Assembly: GCA_965219455.1 (NCBI GenBank)
Contig: OZ244744.1
Coordinates: 3,840,001 to 3,904,000, forward strand
DNA length: 64,000 bases
Direction: 5' to 3'
From: Candidatus Latescibacterota bacterium
GTDB lineage: Bacteria > Latescibacterota > UBA2968 > GCA-2709665
Part shown: piece by piece, positions 40,523 through 51,736 of the stretch
Numbering within the stretch: the first letter of the stretch is position 1
Layout of the letters: every line of letters begins with the position of its first letter
Translations under genes and position numbers: made by a program
Notes under the pieces: model-generated
Told to the model about the DNA's origin: nothing
The model's database searches: none
Seen by the model: only the letters and a program-made list of their open reading frames with translations

Positions 40523-41101
40523 ATGAGCAATTCAGTAAAGTTGACAGGAAGGAAATTGGACAGCTTCCTTAGCAAGCTGTCTGAGTTGGTTGATGCGTTG
40601 CCTACAGAGGAAACAAAACACCGACTTGATCGAGAATTGGAAGCACTAATTAGGTTTCTACAAGACTTCCAGATCAGGTTAAGGTCGCTTCCGGTGGGAG
40701 AAGACGTACAGGGCGTCACATCAACGATAGAGACGATAAAAGATTGTGTACGGGTGGCGGAGTCCGACCCTGTGCTTTCCACTGTTCTCGGTCTTTCGTC
40801 GGACAGTAAAGCGACGAGGAAGCCTCCGCGCAACGCGTATACGGTACAGAAACGCAAGCACGCAAAGGCAATAGCGGAGGAGTTAAAAGGGTTGTCACCC
40901 CCGGATGTCGAACGTAAGTTGGCGAACAGCAAAGAGTTCAATATTCCAATGTTGAGACAGATTGGCGCAGAACTGGGACTCGATGTGCCATCCAAGGCAA
41001 CCCGTCTATCGATAATTGAAAAAATCGTAAAGAAGACGGCCAATCTACGCGGGTACGATTTTTTAAGGCGTGGTTCAGACAAGAATATTAAGCTATCATA
41101 G
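40523..41101 (+). CDS. Hypothetical protein coupled to ParA
   Basis: 192 aa ORF 2 bp after the ParA stop, same low-GC block. Confidence 0.65.
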   Translation: MSNSVKLTGRKLDSFLSKLSELVDALPTEETKHRLDRELEALIRFLQDFQIRLRSLPVGEDVQGVTSTIETIKDCVRVAESDPVLSTVLGLSSDSKATRKPPRNAYTVQKRKHAKAIAEELKGLSPPDVERKLANSKEFNIPMLRQIGAELGLDVPSKATRLSIIEKIVKKTANLRGYDFLRRGSDKNIKLS

Positions 41102-41510
41102 GTCGGAATGTGCCGCGTAAATGGACGCCTCTACGTTCGAATTTAGGTAGAGGGTTTCGTATCGCCCCGTAAACCGGTTTGCTCAAATCCCTGCCCTCCG
41201 GGTAGGGATGCTTCTTTTTTATGACAGTAGCTGCATCCGCCAGCAGGGTGCCACCACCGATGCCGGTATCGACCTGGATACGAAGTCGTGGGCCAGGGCG
41301 ACAGGATGCTAACGGTCCTGGTGAGCGGCATAGCCGTATTTGCCGGCTGAGCGGCAACCATTGAGCTCGCCTAACGGCCGATGCGCAGCGATCTTACAAT
41401 CAAGAATGTCCCGACAGGGAAAGGTTTGATATTTGAAAGAGCCGCCATCAAGGCAAAACGCGAGCAAGTCGAGGCGATCACGGCCTCACTACAATAGTTG
41501 AAGAGGAGCT

Positions 41511-44500
41511 ATGAACCATCCTACAACCGAGAAGGGTGCGCCCGCGGAACCCATTCTGTCTCCCGGTATGGCCAAAGCCGTAGACAGCGTCCGGCGTCAA
41601 CTCCTCGACGTCGGGAAACGCAACAAGCTCATCAACGCGCCGATCGGGAAAGAACGGGCTAAGCAGATCACCATAGAGGACGAACTGTCCGACGAGGTTT
41701 TCAGGATTCTGTACCTCCAGGGCAAGAGTATGACCTTTCAGCCGGCGCAGGACGACATCTCCGAAGGCTCGGATAACGAGGGCGATGAGTCGGTTTTTCT
41801 TCCAACTGCAGACATCGGTCATGATGCGACGGTCGCAGCCCGGCACAGCGACAAAAAGCTCCAGACCCGGCTCACGGCAGACCGCCTCCAGAAAAAGCTG
41901 CTTACGTTGTACCGGGACGCCCAGACGCTCGAGGAGGAGCAGGGAATCAGCGTTATGTTTCTGGCCTTGGGTTTTCTCCGGTGGTACGAGAGTGAATCCT
42001 CGCAAGTCGAAAGGTTCTCTCCGCTGATCCTGCTTCCGGTCGATCTCGAGCGCGACAGCGCCCGCGGACGGTTCAGGCTCGTCGTCCGGGACCAGGATCT
42101 GGAGCCGAACCTGTCACTCAGGGCTATGGTGTCCGGGGACTTTGGCCTGACGCTGCCGGATTTCCCCGAAGGCCACGACTGGACGCCGTCAGACTATTTC
42201 GCGCGCGTCCAGTCGGCAGCGTCGTCGCGGACGCGCTGGCGAGTCCGACCGAACACCATCGAACTCAGCTTCTTCTCCTTCGCCAAGTTTCTTATGTGGA
42301 AGGATCTGGCGCCGGACAGTCTGCGGGGAGGAGAGGGCGGAAATGAACTCCTCGAGCGTGTCCTGGTTGGTGGTTTCGAGCCGGGCACCGACGTCTTCGC
42401 CACCGACGAAAACCTGGACGTTCGGTTTCCCGACCCCCGGGATCTCGGGCACATCCTGGATGCCGACACCTCCCAGACCCAGGTGATAGCCGCCGCTCGC
42501 GAGGGCAGGAATCTTGTCGTGCAGGGCCCCCCCGGTACCGGAAAGTCCCAGACGATTGCCAACATGATCGCGGGCGCCGCCACCCAAGGGAAGAATGTGC
42601 TTTTCATTGCCGAAAAGCGCGCCGCTCTGGATGTGGTCCATGACCGGCTTGAAAAATGCGGCCTGGGTCCGCTTTGTCTCGAACTGCATTCACACAAGGC
42701 CAGCCGGAAGCACATCTACACTGAACTCAAGCGCACACTGCAGCTCGGCGAACCCAGGTCCGTCAACGAAGCGCATTACGAACGGGTGCGCGCGGTGCGA
42801 GACGAGTTGAACGAGATGTCCGAGGTGATCCACGGGGTCGACGAGGCATCGGGGGAGACGCCCTACGTTGTGATCGGAAAGATCGCCGAACTGGACGAGG
42901 GGGCCTGCCCGCGGGCGGACTTTCACGTCCCCGGCGCCGATACATGGAACGACGCCGCCTTTGAAGAGCGGGCGAGCGCCGTCAGGGCGCTGGCAGACCT
43001 GACGGCGGAGTACGGGAGCGAGTGGGAGCACGTTTGGCGCGGCGCGCGGAAGCGCCTGACCCAGTTGGACCGCCGCAGACTGGTCGAGCTATTGCGAGGC
43101 GGGCTCGCCCGCCTGGACACACTTCGGGTCGCGCTCCAGGAAGCTGCTAGGGCCTCCGGTGTCGCGGGCGCTGGTACACTGGCGGCGGAGGAGGTGGAGG
43201 AACATCTCGATGCCCTGGACGTGATGCCGGAGCCGGTACCCGCCCTTCTCGATACGGACACTGTTCTCGCGCATCCGGCGCTCGTGCTGGAACTGTTTGA
43301 GACGGTTGCGGCCGCACAGGCGCTTCGATCGAGTCTCGCGTCTAAGGTTGTAGAAGACGCGCTCGATCACGAATGGATCGACGTGAGGATTGAGATCGCC
43401 CGCCGCGGTCGGTCATGGTTCCGGTGGTTGATCGGAAGCTACCGCAGGGCGGTGGAACGTATGAGGTCGGTCCAGAGGCGCGAACTGCCGAAACACGTCG
43501 ACGAGCGGCTCGCAATGCTCGACCGGCTCATCGAGTACCGCAATCGGGTACGCAGAACCGCAAAGGACACACACGTGGGAAGGGAAGTCCTGGGCGTTGC
43601 CTGGAGAGAGGAAGAGACCGACCTCGGTGATGCACTATCGGCCGCGCGATGGATCGCAATCCAAACGGGCAAGCTGGGCTCTGCCGCGGCGGTGAAGCGG
43701 CAGGTTGAATCGGTTCCCCGCGACATGAGACAGGGGTGCAATGGCGGAGGGCCTGCGCCAAACCTGCGCGGCCTGGGCGGGCGTCTGGAACGAGATCGCG
43801 GGGCTCGTCGATCTCGATATGGAAGTCGCGTTCGGCGTTGATCGGATCGGGGATGTGGGCTTCGCCGAATTGAGGGCTCGCCTTGCCTCCTGGAGTTCTG
43901 AGAGCAACGCCATGGAGGGATGGCACCGGCTCGTCGGGGCGGCCCGGATTGTTTCCGAGCATGGCCTGGACGAGATCAGGAACCGGCTCGCGGATGGACG
44001 CCTGAGTACCGATCATGCGCAGGCCACACTCGAATTCGTCCGCGCCGAAGCCATATGGAACCGCATGCGATCCGAGGAGCCGCGCCTTGAGTCGATCGAT
44101 GGCGTGGAAAGAAGCAAAAGGATCGAAGAATTCAAGGATCTGGACAGTCAGCTTCAGGGACTTGCCTCACAGGAAGTCGCGCTACGGCATTTCAGTTCGC
44201 TGCCCGCGGGTTCGGCCGGTCAGGTCGGGATCGTGCGGGGCGAAGTCGCCAAGAAGACGCGTCACATGCGGATACGCCAATTGCTCGACAAAGCCGGTGA
44301 GGCTGTCCAGGCAGTCAAACCGGTCTTTCTGATGAGCCCGCTCTCGGTAGCCCAATACCTCAAGCCCGGAGGTCTGACTTTCGATCTGCTCCTGATTGAC
44401 GAGGCCAGCCAGGTCCCGCCGGCCGACGCGCTTGGCGCGATCATGCGATGCCGCCAGGTCGTCGTAGTTGGAGACCAGAAGCAGTTGCCGCCGACCTCCT

Positions 44501-46269
44501 TTTTCGACCGGCAGATCGGTTCCGAAGAGGATGAGGTTGAATCGGATGACGACGAAGAGATCAAGGGGGGCCAAGTCGGCGACATGGAGAGTATCCTGTC
44601 GCTGTGCGAATCGAGGGCGATGGCGGGCGGTATGCTTCGCTGGCACTACCGTTCCAGGCACCCTTCCCTCATTGCCGTCTCGAACCACGAGTTCTATGAA
44701 AACGGGCTGGTCTGCCCGCCTAGCCCGGACAGGGCCGGCACGCAAACCGGTCTGAGTTTTGTCCACGTTGAAGGCATCTACGAGCGAGGCAAGAGGCGAA
44801 ACAACCCTCCCGAAGCGCAGGAGGTCGCCGAACAGGTGCTCACGCACGCCCGGGAACACCCCGACGAAACGCTAGGCGTGGTCGCTCTCTCGGTCGCTCA
44901 GCGAGACACAATTCGGAACAGGCTCGAATTCATGCGAGCCGAGTACCCGGAACTGGATGCCTTCTGCAAGGAAGGCAAGGACGATGCGTTCTTTGTCAAG
45001 AACCTCGAAAACGTGCAGGGCGACGAACGTGACGTCATATTCATTTCGATCGGATACGGGAAGGACGCCGGCGGATACATGTCGCAAAATTTCGGGCCGG
45101 TTTCCAGCGAAGGCGGGGACCGCCGGCTCAATGTGCTCTTTACGCGAGCCAGGAAGCGGTGTCGTGTGTTCTCTTCGATTCGGCACTCTGAAATAAGGGT
45201 CGACGCGACCAGGCAGGCTGGCCCGAGGGTCTTGAAACGGTACCTGAAGTTCGCGGAAACCGGAGAGTTGGATATTCCGGTGATCACCGGCCGGGGAATG
45301 GACAGTCCGTTCGAGGAAGCGGTCGCGAATGCGCTGCAGAGCCATGGTTACCGTGTTGAGGGGCAGGTCGGATCGTCGGGTTTCCGGATCGACCTCGCCG
45401 TTTACGATCCGGACGACGAGGGCCGGTTTCTTCTGGCGGTCGAATGCGATGGAGCACGGTACCACTCGTCCAGCTGGGCCCGTGAGCGTGACAGGCTGCG
45501 CCAGGTCGTTCTGGAACAGAAGGGCTGGACGTTCCACCGGATCTGGAGCACGGACTGGTTCTATGACCGGGATACGGAGTTGCGGAAGGTTCTGGACACT
45601 ATCGAACGAGCCAGGTCAAACAGAGACATCCACAATGAGCCCAGGGACCTTCCCAAAGCTACTGAAGTCAAACGCATGGTTCCGGTCGAGCCGGAGGCGC
45701 CGCAGGGACCGCAGTACGTTGAAGCGGACTTCCTGATTCCAGGTTGTGAAGCCGTGGAATTGCACGAGGCCGATACCGGTCTTATCGTCGGGTATGTCAC
45801 CCGCGTTGTGGAATCCGAAGGCCCCGTGCACGTAGACGAGGTGGGCCGGCGCCTGAGCCGACTGTGGGGATATCAGCGGGCCGGATCACGAATCCAGAAT
45901 GTCGTGAAGTATGCCGCGGACCGAGCCGTTCGGGGGAAACGCATCCGCCGCGCTGAGGGTGAGGCTGGTGGGTTTCTCGATGTCTGTCATCGAACCGGGA
46001 GGGTGCTCGTCCGGGACAGGAGCGACGTCAAATCACTAACTCTGCGCAACGTTGAAATGCTGTCCCTGGTGGAGATTGGGGAAGGTATCCGGCTGGCTGT
46101 GAAACGGAACATCGGAATCAGTCCCGTCGAATGTGCGAAAGAAGTTTCGCGAATGCTCGGCTACAAGTCGCTCCGAGCGGATCTTCGGAATCGCATTGAA
46201 AGGGTCGCAAAAAAGATGGTGGCGGAGGGAAACCTCCTGCTGTCAGGGGAAGAATTGCGACTTCCATAG
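41511..46269 (+). pseudogene. DUF4011-SF1 helicase-Vsr/REase-DUF3320 (Hhe-like defence protein), split by a +1 frameshift near 43728
   Basis: LLDVGKRNKLIN, QGPPGTGKSQTI, DEASQV, GDQKQLPP, ENVQGDERD, VECDGARYHS, RIWSTDW; removing A43728 joins the two ORFs. Confidence 0.8.
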
Positions 46270-46696
46270 ATCCGGATCGGCACGTTTCACCCGTTTCGAC
46301 AACCGTAAGGGGATGCGCCGTGATGCCGCCCTGGCCTTTCTGCCGTGCCAACTGTTCAGGCATGCGACCCATGGTTTGCCCCGGCAAATGCAACGACGGC
46401 GCTGGTGTCGACTGGTTGGATGTCCGCTTCCATCTGATCGCTGATCGTTGCCCGCGGATGATTTTATCGCACTCCGTCGCAGTCATTGCGACACCTTGAA
46501 TGTATATTCACCCTGTTGCGTGATCCGCATTGGAACGAACCGTAAGTTGTGCGGCGCGTGTCCGTTTTCGCCCTTGAACCCTTGCTTGAGCTCTTTCCGG
46601 ATCACTGGCTTAATGTCGCGGCCGGCAGCTTTGATCCGCTATCAACGGTCGATTGATCTACGTTCCGTATCAAAACCATAATCGGGATGCGCCGAA

Positions 46697-46990
46697 ATGT
46701 ACGTCTTCCTGGACAATATCACGTTTCTATACAGAGGCGCGCAGACGTCCGTCCTCAACGGGCTTACGCTCTTCGTGTGATAGCGGGAGATTGTCGGGAT
46801 AATCGGGTCTGCGGGGGTCGGCAAGACGACGCTGCTACGATACGTTGGCAAGCGCTCGGACCGGCGCGCCTTCATCCATGACCTGCACGCCCTGCGCAAG
46901 ATGCCGCAGCACCGAACGGTGATTTACGCCACGCGCGACGCCGGAGATGCCCTGGCGGTCTCAGACCGGATCGTGGTGCTGCAAGTCGGA
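46697..46990 (+). pseudogene. ABC ATPase remnant, copy 1
   Basis: MYVFLDNITF, GSAGVGKTTLL, DALAVSDRIVVL; internal stop and deletion; homologous to 50320-50445 and 52904-53075. Confidence 0.7.
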
Positions 46991-47049
46991 ACTCTATTGA
47001 TTGAGGCAACGATGGGTGAAGGTTTCGATATGCTGAAGAAGCGATACGC

Positions 47050-47086
47050 CCCGTTGAAAACCTTCCATCAGAACGTGGATTGAAAC
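47050..47086 (+). repeat. Solo family C repeat (with B-like 3' end)
   Basis: CCCGTTGAAAACCTTCCATCAGAACGTGGATTGAAAC. Confidence 0.8.
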
Positions 47087-47165
47087 GGCGCCGGCGGCGA
47101 AGCAGAGGTCGACTACACTGTACGACCGCTGACGGGGCGCCGCCCCGTCCACGAGAGGAGAGAGC

Positions 47166-48248
47166 ATGGCGCATCTGTTTGGACGCGACTACACGAAGGC
47201 GGAGCTGCTGCGGTTGGTCGGCGATATGAGCCAGCTCGCCGCCGTTCGCCGCGCCGAGCTGACCGAGGGCAACGAGCGCGGCGCCGGATTAATCGAGGTG
47301 AGCAACGCCTCCGGACTGAGCTTCTCGGTGCTGCCCGGACGGGCGCTGGACGTCGCCGCCGCCACCTACCAGGGGCGGTCGCTGTGTTTCCGCAGCGCCA
47401 CCGGCGACGTCGGACCGGCATTCTTCGAGCCCGCCGGTTACGGCTGGATGCGCAGTTTCTTCGGCGGCCTGCTGATCAGTTGCGGCCTGACCTTCGTCGG
47501 CCATCCCGAAACCGACCCGGAGGAGGAAGGCGAGGAACTGGGCCTGCACGGGCGGCTGTCCGCCATCCCGGCGCGCGAGGTGAGTGCCGGCGGAAGCTGG
47601 CATGGAGACCAATACCGCCTGCGCATCGCCGGCACCATGCGCGAAGCGGTGGCACTTGGCACGACGCTTGAGCTACGCCGCGAAATCACCACTACGCTGG
47701 GCGAGCGCCGCATCAGCATCCACGACCGCGTGGAGAACCTCGGCGGGTTGCGCTCGCCGTTGATGCTGCTGTACCACACCAATCCCGGCTTCCCCCTGCT
47801 CGACGAGGGTACCCGGTTCCTGGTCAACAGCCAGCTCAGTACCGAGTGGCTGCAGGACCGCCCGGTCGTTGCCGCAGTGTACGAGCGGGCGCGCGCCCCG
47901 GAGCCGGGCGCCGGCGACGATGTATACGTGCACCGGCCGGTACCGGACGCCAACGGCAACGTGACCGTTGCGTTGATCAACGACCGGCTTGCGTACGGCC
48001 TGCAGTGGCGCATGCCGGCTGCCGAGCTGCCGCTGGTCACCCAGTGGCAGCACTTCGCCGCCGGCGGCTACGTGACCGGCGTGGAGCCGGGCAACTGCTC
48101 GCCTCTCGGGCGCGCCTGGAACCGCAGGCACGACTTCCTGGAGTACCTGGAACCCGGCGCCACACGCGAGTTCCACCTGGAGATCACCGTACTCGACGGC
48201 GCCGCCGCCGTCGCCGCCGCCGAGCGCCGCGTCGCCAACCTGGCCTAA
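47166..48248 (+). CDS. DUF4432 / aldose 1-epimerase-like protein, copy 2
   Basis: Differs from copy 1 by about nine residues. Confidence 0.8.
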   Translation: MAHLFGRDYTKAELLRLVGDMSQLAAVRRAELTEGNERGAGLIEVSNASGLSFSVLPGRALDVAAATYQGRSLCFRSATGDVGPAFFEPAGYGWMRSFFGGLLISCGLTFVGHPETDPEEEGEELGLHGRLSAIPAREVSAGGSWHGDQYRLRIAGTMREAVALGTTLELRREITTTLGERRISIHDRVENLGGLRSPLMLLYHTNPGFPLLDEGTRFLVNSQLSTEWLQDRPVVAAVYERARAPEPGAGDDVYVHRPVPDANGNVTVALINDRLAYGLQWRMPAAELPLVTQWQHFAAGGYVTGVEPGNCSPLGRAWNRRHDFLEYLEPGATREFHLEITVLDGAAAVAAAERRVANLA

Positions 48249-48369
48249 CCGGGGACAGTGGGTCCCCGCGTCGATGTGCGCGCGCCTCCTCCTGAGCACG
48301 GATAGTCATCACCTTGCGCGTCTCTCGGAGCGTATGTGCCGACTGTCCATCGAAGGTGCCGTCAGTCGC

Positions 48370-48450
48370 CCGCCGGGCGACCTCTTTCTGTTCTTTGGCT
48401 GGTTTCGCACGTGGAACCGGGGAAGGGGGCCACGTGGCGATACGTCCCGA
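48370..48450 (+). pseudogene. Nmad3 remnant
   Basis: GGCGACCTCTTTCTGTTCTTTGGCTGGTTTCGC matches 38693-38725 (GDLFLFFGWFR). Confidence 0.6.
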
Positions 48451-48635
48451 TTGCTCGTTACGTGCAATGATCGGTTCTTCCCACGGTGTACCTACACACG
48501 TCCCGGTGTGACCACTTGGGGGTGAACCAAAGAACCAGTCCCCGAGCATGCAGAGTCGATTTCCTGGATGAAGTCAGTCCACGTCGAATAAAAACGATCG
48601 CACGTCGTCGGTTCCGTCAGTAAGTAGAGGGTTTC

Positions 48636-48974
48636 GTGCCGAATTTTCCAGAATTAATCGAAAAGGCGCGGTGGCGTGAGGCGACGACATACCGCAACAG
48701 TTGGCCTCACGAATACGTGCTCGTAAAAGAGGATAAGCAGCAGACTTTACTTAAGGCCTTTTGCACTCGCATCAGAAACGGGGAGGGCGTCGAAGGCAGA
48801 TTCTTCGACAGGTCGTTCACGTATCTCTTCATTGGCGAGTTCAAGTATTGGACCTACACACCCTGCATGAAGATTGACCTTTATTCGACCGAACAGGATT
48901 TCGTCCTGAACCGGGCTCGACTATACCGTGACAGACGGGATTTCATCGTTAGGCGTGGAGATAAGGGAGTATGA
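48636..48974 (+). CDS. Hypothetical protein (WPHEY motif)
   Basis: RBS GAGG, overlaps next gene by 4 bp. Confidence 0.65.
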   Translation: MPNFPELIEKARWREATTYRNSWPHEYVLVKEDKQQTLLKAFCTRIRNGEGVEGRFFDRSFTYLFIGEFKYWTYTPCMKIDLYSTEQDFVLNRARLYRDRRDFIVRRGDKGV

Positions 48975-50050
48975 ACAAGAGTCTGTTGGCGCACCTGGCA
49001 GGACGGCTTGCTCCGGCACCGGAAACCATCGCGACGGAATCACTACGATATATCCTCAACGCATCGCCGGGAGTGTGCCAGGCGTTAGTTGATAGGGTGG
49101 CAAGCCGCGCCGGGTTCGAGCCATTCAAGGTCGAGTCTATTGAAAGCGAGACTGAGGTCGAAACAGGCGGCCGCCCGGATATCACGATATATGACGCGGC
49201 CTCTCTGCCCCGTACACATGTCGAGAATAAGTTCTGGGCAGGACTGACGGCGTCGCAGCCGGTTGAATACCTCAACTCCTTCCCCGAAGAACCCGAATCC
49301 GCGTTACTTTTCGTTGTGCCCGAAGCCCGCATCGTCAGCATCTGGCAGGAGTTGAAGGAACGGTGCGTTAAACAGGAGCTTAAGGTCGGAACGGAGACGA
49401 CAAAAGACGAAATGAAGCGGGTTCCCATTGGTTCGGGCCGTAACATGCTTATCTCAAGTTGGGGATCCATTTTGGATACGTTGCAAAGAACTGCAAGTGA
49501 AATTGGAGACACTTCTGAAATGCAGGATATCGTTCAGCTTCGCGGACTCTCGGATCGAATGGATGTAGAAGCCCTTCCGCCCTTGCGCGAGGATGAAACC
49601 ACCGACGTGAATGTACCCCGCCGCATGATTAACTATGCTGATTTATCCGAAGGAATCGCACAAGTACTTAAGAACAAGGGAATTGCGAGCTTTAAGGGCG
49701 TGAAACCTACGAATCGGTATGAAAAGAAGGGACGCTACTTTTCTGTAGGGAAAGGTTTCAAGTTTGGCGTGTGGTTGGGCGTTGACATATTCGCGTGGCG
49801 CGATTGGGGTATAACTCCCATATGGCTTGAAGTACACAAAACGGAATGGGGCGGGCTCGTCGGACACTGGTCAAGCGTGAAAAGGATGCGCCAGGACCAT
49901 CGAGAGTATGCAAATCATCTGTGTTTTCCGATTCGGCTGGCATGTACCGTCGACAAGGATCGAGTCATCGAAGATGCGGTTATTCAAATGCGCGAAATTA
50001 TCGACCTATTCGAACGGGCGACGCTGGAGAATCCGCCGCCCGTCGGATAA
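48971..50050 (+). CDS. PD-(D/E)XK nuclease superfamily protein
   Basis: GRPDITI...HVENKFWA..QPVEY. Confidence 0.7.
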   Translation: MNKSLLAHLAGRLAPAPETIATESLRYILNASPGVCQALVDRVASRAGFEPFKVESIESETEVETGGRPDITIYDAASLPRTHVENKFWAGLTASQPVEYLNSFPEEPESALLFVVPEARIVSIWQELKERCVKQELKVGTETTKDEMKRVPIGSGRNMLISSWGSILDTLQRTASEIGDTSEMQDIVQLRGLSDRMDVEALPPLREDETTDVNVPRRMINYADLSEGIAQVLKNKGIASFKGVKPTNRYEKKGRYFSVGKGFKFGVWLGVDIFAWRDWGITPIWLEVHKTEWGGLVGHWSSVKRMRQDHREYANHLCFPIRLACTVDKDRVIEDAVIQMREIIDLFERATLENPPPVG

Positions 50051-50319
50051 CCGTGTGCAGGCATTTCGCACGTCCGTTTCAATGAGCAGGGGCGACAGGC
50101 CGGTCGCTCCTGCCGAACGCCGTTTCGGTCACGTCATCGCTTAGCCATAACGCAGCCCACAGCCTGCTGTCCCCCACGATTTGGGCAGCCACAGGGGTTG
50201 TGCCCCTCGAGATACTCCGGATGCGCTGACGTCAAAAGATCGCCTTTTTAGTTTTTGGCTGACTGCTGTCGGCTGAAGCCTGCTTTCTTTGTCGCGGTAA
50301 TTGCGACAACAGGTGTTTA

Positions 50320-50445
50320 TATTTATCCGCGTGATCTCTTCGCACGACGTACAAAACTGCAGCGCCGTACGGTGACGTACGCCGCGCGAGACGTCAGCGA
50401 CGCCCTGGCGGTCGCGGACCGGATCGCGGTGCTGCAAGGCGGTTA
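50320..50445 (+). pseudogene. ABC ATPase remnant, copy 2 (C-terminal piece)
   Basis: RTVTYAARDVSDALAVADRIAVLQGG. Confidence 0.6.
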
Positions 50446-50481
50446 TTGTCCAGAGCGGGACAGTGGTGGTGGTCCGGAGCG

Positions 50482-50518
50482 CCCGCAAATGTAGATCCAC
50501 CAGAACAAGGATTGAAAC
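50482..50518 (+). repeat. Solo family C-like repeat
   Basis: CCCGCAAATGTAGATCCACCAGAACAAGGATTGAAAC. Confidence 0.75.
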
Positions 50519-50806
50519 CCGAAGCCCGGAAGTTGCCGGGTGGCGAGCGGTCCATTCAGGCTTTTCGCGAAAACCTGCCGGGGGACCACGTTGGCGATAT
50601 CCGGTGGGACTCTATGGGAGAGCTGAACGATGACTATCGATATGCCCAACAAACCGAACAAGATGACCGACACCTTCACCGGCCGGGCCTGGCACGAGGA
50701 CGGCACGCCGTTCGCACCTGTTGACTACAATGAGTCCGGACTGCGTGTCCCCACCCTGTCCCAGTTGGCCCTGTGGGCCAGGGCCGACCGTGAGCACGCT
50801 GCGGAG

Positions 50807-50843
50807 CCCGGTGAGAATCTCCCATCAGAAAAAGGATTGAAAC
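50807..50843 (+). repeat. Solo family C repeat
   Basis: CCCGGTGAGAATCTCCCATCAGAAAAAGGATTGAAAC. Confidence 0.85.
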
Positions 50844-51106
50844 GGGATGCTCTGGTGGCGATGGACTCGGGCCAGACCGTGCCGGTTGCCGGGGGGAACG
50901 TAGGCGGCGGAACCGGGAGGATCTGCCACCACGTCAACGGCGAGAGCGGGACATCGTTGCGCCCGGCCGAGGCGGCCGATGAAGCAATCATCAACGCGCT
51001 GGTCGCGGCCGGGACCATGATTGGACCGAACGATGTGACGGTGCGAGCGCTACTGCATGACCGGTTGCGGGAGCAGTTGCGGAGTTACAACCGGGAGGAG
51101 GGCTGA
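50844..51106 (+). pseudogene. Internally deleted DmpA/P1 (S58) peptidase remnant
   Basis: GNVGGGTGRICH fused to AADEAIINALVAAGTM..HDRLREQLRSYNR. Confidence 0.55.
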
Positions 51107-51109
51107 GCG

Positions 51110-51661
51110 ATGCCCAACGGAGGATCTGACTGTTGCGGAACCTGCTGGTTCAATAGAACGAACCGGGGCGAGCGCGACTGGCAGCGGCACGCAGGCGAGA
51201 ACATACCGCCCTATTGCGAGATCAGGGACATCGCGATAGAGGATCCATTCTACACCTATTGTGCGAACCATCCACGTCGCCGGCCCGATCGCGATCGCAT
51301 CCCCATCGGACCGGTGATGCGCCATGGCGGCTGGGAACAGGAACGGCGCGTGCAAGCCGGTCGACCCGACGAGTGGGTGTCCTGGGAAAACCCGCGTTAC
51401 GTCTGGAGACCCTCACCGGATTCGGAGGAGATTCGCCAACACCTGCTGAATTTGCTCGAGAGCGTATTCGAGCACATGGCCAGAGACCGATATCCTTTGG
51501 GCACAGGTCTGGGGGAGACGATCATCCGGCAATTCGGTGAATTTCGAGAGCAACGGGCGGTCAGGTATCTCGAATGGATACGCGAGAATCTTAGGGACTC
51601 TCTGGATTTCATGGCAGACGCTGCGAGCGAGGCGCTGGCCAGGATCCGAGGGGACGAATAA
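51110..51661 (+). CDS. Hypothetical Cys-rich protein (DCCGTCWFN, YCANHP) with helical C-terminus
   Basis: GGAGG RBS; clustered cysteines suggest metal binding. Confidence 0.65.
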   Translation: MPNGGSDCCGTCWFNRTNRGERDWQRHAGENIPPYCEIRDIAIEDPFYTYCANHPRRRPDRDRIPIGPVMRHGGWEQERRVQAGRPDEWVSWENPRYVWRPSPDSEEIRQHLLNLLESVFEHMARDRYPLGTGLGETIIRQFGEFREQRAVRYLEWIRENLRDSLDFMADAASEALARIRGDE

Positions 51662-51672
51662 GAGCGCCGCGG

Positions 51673-51709
51673 CCCGGTGAGAATCTTCCATCAAAACAAG
51701 GGTTCAAAT
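51673..51709 (+). repeat. Solo degenerate family C repeat
   Basis: CCCGGTGAGAATCTTCCATCAAAACAAGGGTTCAAAT, between two genes. Confidence 0.8.
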
Positions 51710-51736
51710 TGGAATGAGAAATGAGGAGGGGTTTGG

